DNA of 64,000 bases from an uncultured Myxococcia bacterium (lineage in GTDB: Bacteria > Myxococcota_A > UBA9042 > PHBI01): NCBI GenBank assembly GCA_942493285.1, contig OW818691.1:3410321-3474320 (forward strand), written 5' to 3'. The translations under genes were made by a program, and so were the position numbers. This document shows positions 30,631-39,088 of the stretch, one piece after another (positions within the stretch are counted from its first letter, which is position 1; every line of letters starts with the position of its first letter). Below the pieces are notes generated by a model, which saw nothing but the letters and a program-made list of their open reading frames with translations, did no database searches and had not been told where the DNA came from.

Positions 30631-30670
30631 GGGAATGTAGAGTGACGGCTACATTCCCTTCACGTTTTTA
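30631..30670 (+). terminator. Rho-independent terminator
   Basis: Stem GGGAATGTA / TACATTCCC with a 10-nt loop, followed by TTCACGTTTTTA. It lies 160 nt downstream of the phasin-like gene, in a convergent intergenic region. Confidence 0.6.
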
Positions 30671-30732
30671 ACACGCCTTTGATCGGCAAATGGCTCGCCC
30701 GGTCGGGCGACCTGCCGCTCGGCCCGAGAGCC

Positions 30733-32628
30733 TCAGCGCCCGCGCAGATAAAGGGCGCCACGAGCGCCGGCTGCGATGCTGGCCGGCGCGCCGTTGGCAC
30801 CGCAGGGATCGTGGGTCGGCCAGTTGTCGAGCGTGCTGCCATCGAAATAGTAGAACAGGTTGTCGGCCGACAGCCCGGGTCCGAACTCCCAGAAGAAGAC
30901 CCAGTCCGGCAATGCCGCTTCGCAGCTGCGGGCGGAAAGTGCCCGGCACTCGACCGGCCCCTCGACGCCTGATGCGAAGCTGCCGGCCCCGAACTGGCGA
31001 GCCTCACACACGAAGTGCCCCGCCAGCGGACTGTCGACCCTGAAGTCCACGCCGAGCTCGCCCCACATCGCCCAGTCGATGGCGCCCTCCGTCGTCGGGT
31101 CTGCCGGAGCCTCCGTCGAAACCTCCACGTCCGCCTGCAAAGCGGGCCAGCTCGGGATCGGGGACACCGCGTTCTCAGGGGCCGTGAACGCAGTCGGCTC
31201 GGTGAAGCCGTAGACCCACGCCAGGGTCCACCCACCGCCATCCGTCGTCTGGTCGCAGTACGCCACGATCGACGCTCCCGGCCCATCGCCATCCGTATCC
31301 AGCGGCGTCGGCCCATCGACGACGGAGCGCCCCGCATCGCGGACATGTTCACAGCTCTGGCCGGGGTTTTCCGATGTGCCCGCCGGCTGCCAATCGCCTT
31401 CGTCAAACAGGGCCTCGAGCTCGTCGACCCGTAACGCCCGCCCATAGAGCCGCAGGTCGTCGAGGTGGCCAACGAAAGGCTCCAGGGTCACCCCCGTGGC
31501 GAGCCGCTTGGTCGCGCCGATGGTCAACCCGGTACGGCGAACGTCCTGGCCCGTCGCGAGAGTCGCCTCACCCGCCAGGCGCGCATCGAGATAGAAGCGC
31601 ACGGCGCGTCCCTCCTTTACGATGGCCAGGTGGCTCCAGTGGGCCCCAGGCGCGCACGCCGTCGAGGTCGCGTCGTTGCCTTGGCCGACGTAACGAAGGC
31701 ATCCCTTGCCGTCGACCGCGAGCGAGCTGCGGCGGTTGTCGAGCAGCTCGCCAAAGGCGAACAACCCGAACACACCATCGGCGGCGAGGCCGCGGTCGGG
31801 GCGCACCCAGACCGTATAGGTGACGTCTACCTCACCCAACGGATGGTGCGTGACGGACGCGCTGATGCGCTCGGTCCCGTTGGCGAATCGCATCGCACCA
31901 GCGAGAGTGCCGAATCGGTCGGCCACTGGTTCTGCCCCGTCGACCACCCCGTGGTCACCGTAGGGCCCGCTGTCCTGCCCGTCGCCGTCGAGGCGCCAGT
32001 GGCCGAGCAGCCCCTCGAAGACCAGCCCACAACCTTCGTCGGTCAGCCCATCGCAGTCGTTGTCCCGGCCGTCGCACGCGGCTTCGGCGGACTCGTAGAA
32101 GGCGACCGCGCGAAAGTCACACTCGGGCGTGTCGATGCTGTTAGGACAGGTGACCGCCACGCCGCTATCGACCGCGCCGCACACGCCGAGCGTTGGACAG
32201 ACGGTCGCGATGAGCGGCGAGCTCGCGCCATCCGACCGGCGATTACGCGCATCGAGCTCGTCGGAGATGCAGTCCTGGTCGAAGTCGGCCGTCGCGCTCT
32301 CGATGGCATCGATGAGGTCGTCGCCGTCCGTGTCGACGGTGTCGAGGTTGGCGGCGAGCTCGTCGGGGTCCCGCTTGCCGTCGCCGTCGGTGTCGGCAAG
32401 CGCGGGGTTCGTTTCGAGGACGACCTCGAAGCCGTTGGTCAGCCCGTCGCCATCGTCGTCGCTCGCCGGGTCGACGCACTCCGACGCGTAGCAGAGACCC
32501 GACGTGCAGTCGCCGTCCTCGCCGCAGGTGGAGCCGACGGGTAGCGTGCCAGGCTCGTCCCCACACGCGCCAAACAGGGTCGACGCGAGAAGCAGCAGCA
32601 CTGGGACGACGAGACGGGGTGCGACCAT
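30733..32628 (-). CDS. Secreted lipoprotein with thrombospondin type-3 (DxDxDG) Ca-binding repeats, a LamG/concanavalin-like domain and a fibrinogen-related C-terminal domain
   Basis: Lipobox LLLASTLFGACGD. DDDGDGLTNGFE, DTDGDGKRDPDE and DTDGDDLID repeats. A central jelly-roll-like region. C-terminal DGGGWTLAW, compare fibrinogen C-domain DGGGWTV. Confidence 0.65.
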   Translation of the reverse strand: MVAPRLVVPVLLLLASTLFGACGDEPGTLPVGSTCGEDGDCTSGLCYASECVDPASDDDGDGLTNGFEVVLETNPALADTDGDGKRDPDELAANLDTVDTDGDDLIDAIESATADFDQDCISDELDARNRRSDGASSPLIATVCPTLGVCGAVDSGVAVTCPNSIDTPECDFRAVAFYESAEAACDGRDNDCDGLTDEGCGLVFEGLLGHWRLDGDGQDSGPYGDHGVVDGAEPVADRFGTLAGAMRFANGTERISASVTHHPLGEVDVTYTVWVRPDRGLAADGVFGLFAFGELLDNRRSSLAVDGKGCLRYVGQGNDATSTACAPGAHWSHLAIVKEGRAVRFYLDARLAGEATLATGQDVRRTGLTIGATKRLATGVTLEPFVGHLDDLRLYGRALRVDELEALFDEGDWQPAGTSENPGQSCEHVRDAGRSVVDGPTPLDTDGDGPGASIVAYCDQTTDGGGWTLAWVYGFTEPTAFTAPENAVSPIPSWPALQADVEVSTEAPADPTTEGAIDWAMWGELGVDFRVDSPLAGHFVCEARQFGAGSFASGVEGPVECRALSARSCEAALPDWVFFWEFGPGLSADNLFYYFDGSTLDNWPTHDPCGANGAPASIAAGARGALYLRGR

Positions 32629-32761
32629 GCGAGGACTCTACCTCAGCCGCAGGTCGGCATACAAACGCCATCTCCGATGCGCCCCAGGCGCCGACGCGCG
32701 AGCGCGAACGGTCAAACGCTTGACCAACTCCCAACACCAACGGGACGCCGCCTCACCGACC

Positions 32762-34246
32762 TCAGTCGCAGCGCATCTCCTGCGAGACCGGCGTGTGGCA
32801 CTTGTAGCAGACACGTTCGTTCTTGTTGCGGACCCGTACGCAGTCGCCGGACCCCACCCAGCCGGGCGGATGAGGACTGATACCCTTGATACGGACGCCG
32901 GCGATCTCGCGGCTCGCATGGCACTCGATGCACGTGGACTCGAGGTGGCAGCTCGCGCAGGCGCGGATGTTGCGCTGCGCCTGGAATGCGTGGTGGTTCG
33001 GTCCGCGCACGTTCGCCACATGTCGGCCGGACTGGTCGGTGTCGACCCAACCTTCGGGGTGGAAGTTGACGCGGGTGCCGATGCGGCCGCTGACCTCGGA
33101 CGCAACGCCGGTGGCCTGGTGGCAGTCCACGCAGAAGGTCTGGCTGCGGTGGCACGAGGTGCAGTCCGGGTCGTTCTTCCGGCCGGCCATCGAGTGTTGC
33201 AGTACCCAGTTGTTCGGGTGCACCTTGAGCGGCTTCTTCACGCCGTTGTGGCAGTCCATGCACTCTTTCTGGGTGTGACACGCCTCGCAGCCGCCCTCCC
33301 CTAGCGTCGCGACCGCACGATGGCTGTTGAGCCAGTCGTCGTCATGCGCGTCGAGGAAGTACCAACCGGCAGGCACGAGCTTACCCGTCGGCAGATCGGT
33401 CTCGATACGGCCGCTCGGCTCCGAGATGTGGCAGGTCTTGCATGAATCCGCCGCCTGCTTGCCGTCGTGGCAGTCGATACACGTCGCCATGATGGGCAAT
33501 GCGTTGTCACGCGTCGCGAGGTCGATGTCCTTCATCGTGCCGTGGCAGGTCTCGCAGCCGACACCCTTCTGCAGGTGGATCTTGTGGTTGAACTTGATAT
33601 GCGGCTCGGGCAGCACCACGGCCGGCGGGTGGACCTTGACCTCGCTCGTCTTGCTGAAGTCGGCGCCCGGCAACCACTCCGGCACATAGCCAGGGTGACA
33701 GGTCTCACACGAGGCCGGCGGGTCGGTGACTTTGCCCTGAGCCGCGGCCGTCGCATCGTGACAGTCGAGGCAGGTCGCCTCGGGCGGAAGGTTGCGGTCT
33801 TTAGCGCGCAGGCTCTCGCGCACGCCGCCGTGGCACTCGACGCACTCGACGAGGTCTACGTGCAGCTTGTGGCTGAACCTTAGCGGGATGGTCTGGTCGG
33901 GAAAGATGATGTCGCTCGGCGTGTGTTTGCGGCCGAAGCCGTTGGCCAGGGCCTCCTGCCCCGCCTGGGTCATCGGGTCGACCTTCGCAGCCGGCTTCTT
34001 CGCAGGATTGAGCGGGTCGTCGGCGTAGACCACCTCGACCGTCGCCGCACCTACGACCCCGAGTCCCAGGACCAACAGGGCAAGGCCGGCACCCCAATGC
34101 GACCGCGCCTTCACCTCGACCGTCCCGGCGCGGTGGGTTCCAACGGACCCGCCATCGCGCTGGACCTCACGGCCGCCCTTGCCGCCTGCGTCGTCCGCAT
34201 CGCCTGTGTCGTTTGTGACGTTTGTGACGTTCCGGTTGTTCGGCAT
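32762..34246 (-). CDS. Multiheme c-type cytochrome (13 CxxCH motifs)
   Basis: 13 heme-binding motifs: CVECH, CLDCH, CETCH ×2, CIDCH, CKTCH, CEACH, CMDCH, CTSCH, CVDCH, CASCH, CIECH and CYKCH. N-terminal hydrophobic signal or anchor (WGAGLALLVLGLGVVGAATV). The true start is probably internal to the ORF. Confidence 0.9.
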   Translation of the reverse strand: MPNNRNVTNVTNDTGDADDAGGKGGREVQRDGGSVGTHRAGTVEVKARSHWGAGLALLVLGLGVVGAATVEVVYADDPLNPAKKPAAKVDPMTQAGQEALANGFGRKHTPSDIIFPDQTIPLRFSHKLHVDLVECVECHGGVRESLRAKDRNLPPEATCLDCHDATAAAQGKVTDPPASCETCHPGYVPEWLPGADFSKTSEVKVHPPAVVLPEPHIKFNHKIHLQKGVGCETCHGTMKDIDLATRDNALPIMATCIDCHDGKQAADSCKTCHISEPSGRIETDLPTGKLVPAGWYFLDAHDDDWLNSHRAVATLGEGGCEACHTQKECMDCHNGVKKPLKVHPNNWVLQHSMAGRKNDPDCTSCHRSQTFCVDCHQATGVASEVSGRIGTRVNFHPEGWVDTDQSGRHVANVRGPNHHAFQAQRNIRACASCHLESTCIECHASREIAGVRIKGISPHPPGWVGSGDCVRVRNKNERVCYKCHTPVSQEMRCD

Positions 34247-34256
34247 GATTCTACTG

Positions 34257-35612
34257 TCACAACCAGAGGTTGAGATCGATGAGGGCGAAGACCCGGAACT
34301 GGTGGGTCTGAAGCCGATTCATGTTGTGCTCGGCGATGATCGCGAAGGCGGCCTTCTTGTCGACGAGGTAGCGCCCTCCGAGCTGATAGCCGAACGACAA
34401 CGCGTTCAGGTTCTCCTGCAGCTCGTCGTCGAAGTCGACCACCGTGAGCCGCCCCTCCAGCTCCCACTCGCGCGGGACAACGGCCCAGACACCGCCGACA
34501 TCACCAAAGATGCGGTCTCCAGACCAGCCGCCTTCCCAGGTGAAGTCGACCATGAAGCGCCCATCGACCCCGCGCGGCCCGAAGCTATGGGTCCACCCAG
34601 CCATCGTGCCCCACGCGGTCACCATGGTGTCGACGTCCCCGTAGAGCGTCGTGCCCACGTCGTCGTAGGCCTCGTTGCCGGCGAGCCGCACCTTGCCACC
34701 GAGGTGCAGGCGGTCGTTCTTGCCCGGATACAAGCGCCAACGCGCGTTGATGTCGTTCATCGGGTAGATGCTGAAGATGTTGAAAATCGAGTCACCATCG
34801 AAGGTTGGCGTCGTCCGCACGTATTCGAGCTCGAGCTCCGTATGGTCTGCGATGCGCGCGCGCCCCCCGACCTGGATCCGGTCGAAGCGCCCGTTGAACA
34901 TGTCCCAGCTCACGATGCCGGACAGGTCGAGGCCTTCGACGATACGCTGATGAAAGCTGCCACCGATCTTCTCGGCGTCGACGGCCCCTGACGAGAAGTA
35001 GCGCCGATAGCCAACCCGATAACGCGAGTAGTCGAGGTTACGCGTCACGAGAGCGGCGCCAAACACCACCGAGGCCGCGTCCGTCGTCTCCTCGAGGTCC
35101 TCGATGAAACGTGTCCCGTCGGTCTCGAACTGCGAGTCGTTGAGGTCCCAGGCGTCGTTGCGCACTTCGAGGCCTGCATGCAGCTCGACCGCGAGGAACC
35201 AGGGAGTGTTCACCGTGACGACGGCGCCGTCCATCATCAGGTAGTCGAGCCCATCCATCAGGAGCTGACGGCCCAGCTTCATGTCGAGGAGCCCGCCGAG
35301 CAGGTTCTGCCCCTGCAACATCGCGTATTGAATCGAGAGCTTGTTGCGCTCGAGCCCGATGACCTCGTCGAGCTCCTTCTCGGTCATCCCGAAGTCGACG
35401 CCGAACCGGAAGAGGCTCGTGAAGCTCCAGTGGTTCTCGCCGCTCGCCTCGATGTCGAAGAGCGAGAGCCCCAGGAACTGGTGGAGACGATTGCGGTTCA
35501 AGACCTCGTTACCGCTCGTGACGAGCTGGTAGGCATCACCAATCGTCTGTGATTCGATGAGGAACTCGGCCGAGCGCGCGGGCGAGCTCACCCCCAGCAC
35601 CGCCAGGAACAT
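34257..35612 (-). CDS. Outer-membrane beta-barrel (porin-like) protein
   Basis: Start MFLAVLGVSSPARSAEF (signal peptide). Alternating amphipathic beta-strand pattern throughout and a C-terminal aromatic-rich strand (…FRVFALIDLNLWL). It ends 10 nt before the cytochrome gene. Confidence 0.6.
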   Translation of the reverse strand: MFLAVLGVSSPARSAEFLIESQTIGDAYQLVTSGNEVLNRNRLHQFLGLSLFDIEASGENHWSFTSLFRFGVDFGMTEKELDEVIGLERNKLSIQYAMLQGQNLLGGLLDMKLGRQLLMDGLDYLMMDGAVVTVNTPWFLAVELHAGLEVRNDAWDLNDSQFETDGTRFIEDLEETTDAASVVFGAALVTRNLDYSRYRVGYRRYFSSGAVDAEKIGGSFHQRIVEGLDLSGIVSWDMFNGRFDRIQVGGRARIADHTELELEYVRTTPTFDGDSIFNIFSIYPMNDINARWRLYPGKNDRLHLGGKVRLAGNEAYDDVGTTLYGDVDTMVTAWGTMAGWTHSFGPRGVDGRFMVDFTWEGGWSGDRIFGDVGGVWAVVPREWELEGRLTVVDFDDELQENLNALSFGYQLGGRYLVDKKAAFAIIAEHNMNRLQTHQFRVFALIDLNLWL

Positions 35613-35789
35613 CGCCGCGCCGGCCCGATTGGCCCACCGAGCGGCAAGCTTGCCGCCAGCGCGTCCCAGTCCCTCGTTCCCCGCCTCTCGTGCCGAATCG
35701 GCGCTGCGTGACGTGCTCAAGCACCCTCCAGCGCCCGACATTACCCCATTCTGACCCGCGCGCAAGACGGCGCTACGGAAGACCACGAT

Positions 35790-36668
35790 TCAGTTGTCTA
35801 TGAGCAGGGTTTTGAGTCGGTCCGTCCCGAGCGACCACGTCGTACGGCAGTACTCACAGGTCAAAGACATGACCTCGCCACGTGAAACGACGTCGGCGAC
35901 CTCGGTCCGCCCGAGCGTGGCGATGGCCCCGAGCACCCTCTCCTCGCTGCAATCGCACCCGTAACGCAGGGGCGCATCCGAGAGCATCTCGAAGGCGAAT
36001 CCATACAGGACCTCGTCGAGCAGCTTCTTCGGGTCGGCGTCGTTGTCGACCATGAACCGATCGAGCGAAGCGAAGTCGTGAGCGAGCCGCTCGGTCATGA
36101 CCGCCAACGGGCCTTCGGTGCACTCGGGCAGGAGCTGCACGAGAAAACCACCGCTCGCGACGACCTGGCCCGCCTCGAATACGGTCGTAATCCCTAGCGT
36201 TGCGACCACCTGCTCGCTGACCTGCATGTAGTGCATCAGGGCGTGTGTCGTGCCTTCGCCGCTGGCCTCGACGATACTCTGGTGGAGCCGCCCGCGCGGC
36301 AAGCTCCTGATGACACGCAGGACCGCATCGTCCGCGAGGACCGCGCCTCCATCGGGTGAGAATCGGTGCACGAGCCCACGGGTGATGGCGCCCGTGCCGT
36401 CGTCGGGATGCGAGTCGACGACGACCTGGCCTACCTTGTCGCGAGTCAGGATCATCTGGAGCCGTTGGCCCGGAGCCATGGTCTCGCGCACGACGATAGC
36501 CCCGGTGAGCAGCTCGCAGAACGCCTTCGCGTCGAGCGCAGTACTCCCGTCGGCGCTGTGGATACGCATCGCCTCACGCACTAGGTCGGTGGTGCGTACC
36601 GCGATGATTCGAAAGGAGCCATCGACTGTGATGGCGCGGAGGACGCGGTCGTTCATGAGGGACCTCAT
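35790..36668 (-). CDS. hslO: Redox-regulated chaperone Hsp33
   Basis: ~293 aa with the C-terminal zinc centre CDCS…CEYC (CxC…CxxC). Start MRSLMNDRV at 36668. Confidence 0.85.
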   Translation of the reverse strand: MRSLMNDRVLRAITVDGSFRIIAVRTTDLVREAMRIHSADGSTALDAKAFCELLTGAIVVRETMAPGQRLQMILTRDKVGQVVVDSHPDDGTGAITRGLVHRFSPDGGAVLADDAVLRVIRSLPRGRLHQSIVEASGEGTTHALMHYMQVSEQVVATLGITTVFEAGQVVASGGFLVQLLPECTEGPLAVMTERLAHDFASLDRFMVDNDADPKKLLDEVLYGFAFEMLSDAPLRYGCDCSEERVLGAIATLGRTEVADVVSRGEVMSLTCEYCRTTWSLGTDRLKTLLIDN

Positions 36669-36812
36669 TGCACTTGCCGACCTGAGTCGGCGGAACTTTG
36701 CCACTTGCGCACAGGCGCACCGTCTGACAAGTCGTTCCTGCCAAGGATGGCCATTTACCCGGCCGCGGGTGCGGTCCAACGCGACCCGCGGGGCAGCCAG
36801 CGAGACCCGATC

Positions 36813-38279
36813 ATGAAGACAAACCGACTGTCCGCGCGCCTCGCCCTCTTCGTCTCCGCGCTGGCGCTGCTCGGCGCCTGCGGCAAGAAGCCTGGCCCCA
36901 AGACCGACGACGCCGGTCCGTCGCGGACCGCTGCAGCCCCGACTCCGCCGCCTGTCGACCTGCCGCCGCCGCCGGTCCAACGCACCCTGGGGGGCATCGA
37001 GCTGACCCTGCTCGTGGATGCTGGCCCCGAAGGCGAGAACGTCGTCTCGCAGGCGCTCGGCCTGACCAACGACAAGGCACGCAGCGTCGCCGGCCTCATT
37101 CGCGCAGGGGCGGCGGCCAAACGTGTCGTGCTCGCCCTGCTCGAAAGCAAGAGCCTCGACGAGGTGACCGGTGCTCTCGAAGTGCTCGGCGCCGATGGAG
37201 ACCCGACGGGTGGTCGCTCCGAAGTCGTCGAGCCGCTCATCGCGCTGCTCTCTCATGAAGCCGCCATCGTCCGCGATCGCGCCTGGGAGCTCGCTCCCAA
37301 GGTCATCGAGGGCGACGCGCTCGTCGAACTCGTTCGACGCATCGAGCCATCGAAGAAGGCCGCTGTCGTGCGCCTCCTCGAGCTGTGGGACAGCGCCGCC
37401 ATCCGCGCGACGTTGGGCGAGCTCGCGCGTGGCACCGACCCCGAGCTCGCTCGTGAAGCTGCCTACACGCTGACCACCGCGTCGCGGCCGGTGGCCCCCG
37501 AAACGCTGACGCTGGTGGACGAGCTCGTCGGGGCCCCGACCACGCGCGCGCTCGGCCTCGCGATCGCCCGTCGCCTTCCCGTCGAGAGCCTTGGCGCCCC
37601 GCTGAAGACGGCCATCAGCAAAGCCATCGACGAGGCCCTGGTCGCAACCGACGAGCCGCTCGTGCTGGCCGCCATCCGCGCCACGGTCGTCCTCCCGTTC
37701 GCCGACCGGCTGCCGTTGCTCGAGCAGCTCTCCCGCGACAGCCGCGAGGACGTGCGCCGGGTGACGGCCGAGACGCTTGGCCTCTCGACCGCAGAGCTAC
37801 CCGCCCCCGACGAGTACACACGGCTGACCACGACCCTCGATAGCCTGCTCGCCGACGCCGAGGGGCCCGTCCGCATCGCCGCCATCCGCGCGCGCGCACA
37901 CACCGCGAACCCGGCCGGGGCTGAAGCCGCAACCGCCGCCATCGGGGCCAAGCTCCAGGACGGCCACCGCGGCGTCCGAATCGCGGCGGCAGTGGCGCTG
38001 TCGAACCCCCTCTTCGGTGAGGGCTCTGCCAAGCTCATCGAGGCTCAGTTCGCACGCGAAGAGAGGCCCGCCCAGGCGCTCATCCTCGAGGCCCTGGCGG
38101 TCTCGAAGAGCCGCCCCCACATCGCGCTCGTCCTTGCCAGGCTCCAGGAACCCAAGCTGCAGGCAGCAGCCCACCTGGCTCTGAGCGCCGCTAGCGGCAA
38201 GGACTTTCCCGCGAACGTCGACGCCTGGCGCCCGTGGTTCGACGAGACTTATCCGGCACCGCCCGCTCCCACGGAGTAG
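36813..38279 (+). CDS. HEAT-repeat (PBS-lyase-like) lipoprotein
   Basis: MKTNRLSARLALFVSALALLGACGKK lipobox. Repeated helical units (…AIVRDRAWELA…, …EDVRRVTAETLG…, …GPVRIAAIRAR…, …RGVRIAAAVAL…). Confidence 0.6.
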   Translation: MKTNRLSARLALFVSALALLGACGKKPGPKTDDAGPSRTAAAPTPPPVDLPPPPVQRTLGGIELTLLVDAGPEGENVVSQALGLTNDKARSVAGLIRAGAAAKRVVLALLESKSLDEVTGALEVLGADGDPTGGRSEVVEPLIALLSHEAAIVRDRAWELAPKVIEGDALVELVRRIEPSKKAAVVRLLELWDSAAIRATLGELARGTDPELAREAAYTLTTASRPVAPETLTLVDELVGAPTTRALGLAIARRLPVESLGAPLKTAISKAIDEALVATDEPLVLAAIRATVVLPFADRLPLLEQLSRDSREDVRRVTAETLGLSTAELPAPDEYTRLTTTLDSLLADAEGPVRIAAIRARAHTANPAGAEAATAAIGAKLQDGHRGVRIAAAVALSNPLFGEGSAKLIEAQFAREERPAQALILEALAVSKSRPHIALVLARLQEPKLQAAAHLALSAASGKDFPANVDAWRPWFDETYPAPPAPTE

Positions 38280-38338
38280 TCGCCCCGCCCTGCGACGTGA
38301 GCGCTCATCGAACACTCCGTCGGGGCCGGCGAGCCGCC

Positions 38339-39088
38339 TCAGGCCTGCTTGCGAAGTTTCTTGTCGAATCGCAGCTTGACCACGTTGATCATGGCTTCAC
38401 GCACGATACGCCCCGACATCTTCGACTGGCCGACGCGACGGTCTGGGAAGATGATGGGCACCTCGGCGATCTTGAACCCCGCGAGGTGGGCGCGATAGGT
38501 CAGCTCGATCTGGAACGCGTAGCCCTTGGACCCGACCGCGTCGAGGTCGATGGTCTCCAGGACCTCGCGGCGGAAACACTTGTAGCCGCCCGTAAGATCT
38601 CGGAACTTCAGACCCATCACGGTACGCGCGTACAGGTTTCCGCCCTTGCTGACGAAGCGCCGCCAGAAGGTCCAGTCCTCGGTTCCACCGCCTTTCATGT
38701 AGCGGCATCCAAGGACGAGGTCCGCTTCTTCGGAGCGGTCGAGGAAGACCGGCAGGTACTTGGGCTGGTGGGAAAAATCGGCGTCCATCTCGAAGATTCG
38801 CTCGTAGTCACGCGCGAGTGCCCACTTGAACCCGGCGATGTAGGCCGTCCCGAGCCCGAGCTTTCCGGCGCGGTGCATCACATGGACACGATTGTCGGCC
38901 TGCGCGAGCTCATCGGCGAGCGCGCCCGTCCCATCCGGCGAGTTGTCGTCGACGACGAGCACATGCGCATGCGGCACCACCTCGTGGATCTGCGTGAGCA
39001 GCTTCGGCAGGTTCTCGAGCTCCTCGTAGGTGGGCACAATGATGAGGGTTTTTCGCGGAAGACCGCTTTGATTCGCAGTGTGGGTCAT
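38339..39088 (-). CDS. GT2 polyprenol/dolichol-phosphate mannosyltransferase-like glycosyltransferase
   Basis: IIVPTYEELENL…VLVVDDNSPDGT…EMDADFSH…, the classical GT-A DxD architecture, 249 aa. Confidence 0.85.
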   Translation of the reverse strand: MTHTANQSGLPRKTLIIVPTYEELENLPKLLTQIHEVVPHAHVLVVDDNSPDGTGALADELAQADNRVHVMHRAGKLGLGTAYIAGFKWALARDYERIFEMDADFSHQPKYLPVFLDRSEEADLVLGCRYMKGGGTEDWTFWRRFVSKGGNLYARTVMGLKFRDLTGGYKCFRREVLETIDLDAVGSKGYAFQIELTYRAHLAGFKIAEVPIIFPDRRVGQSKMSGRIVREAMINVVKLRFDKKLRKQA

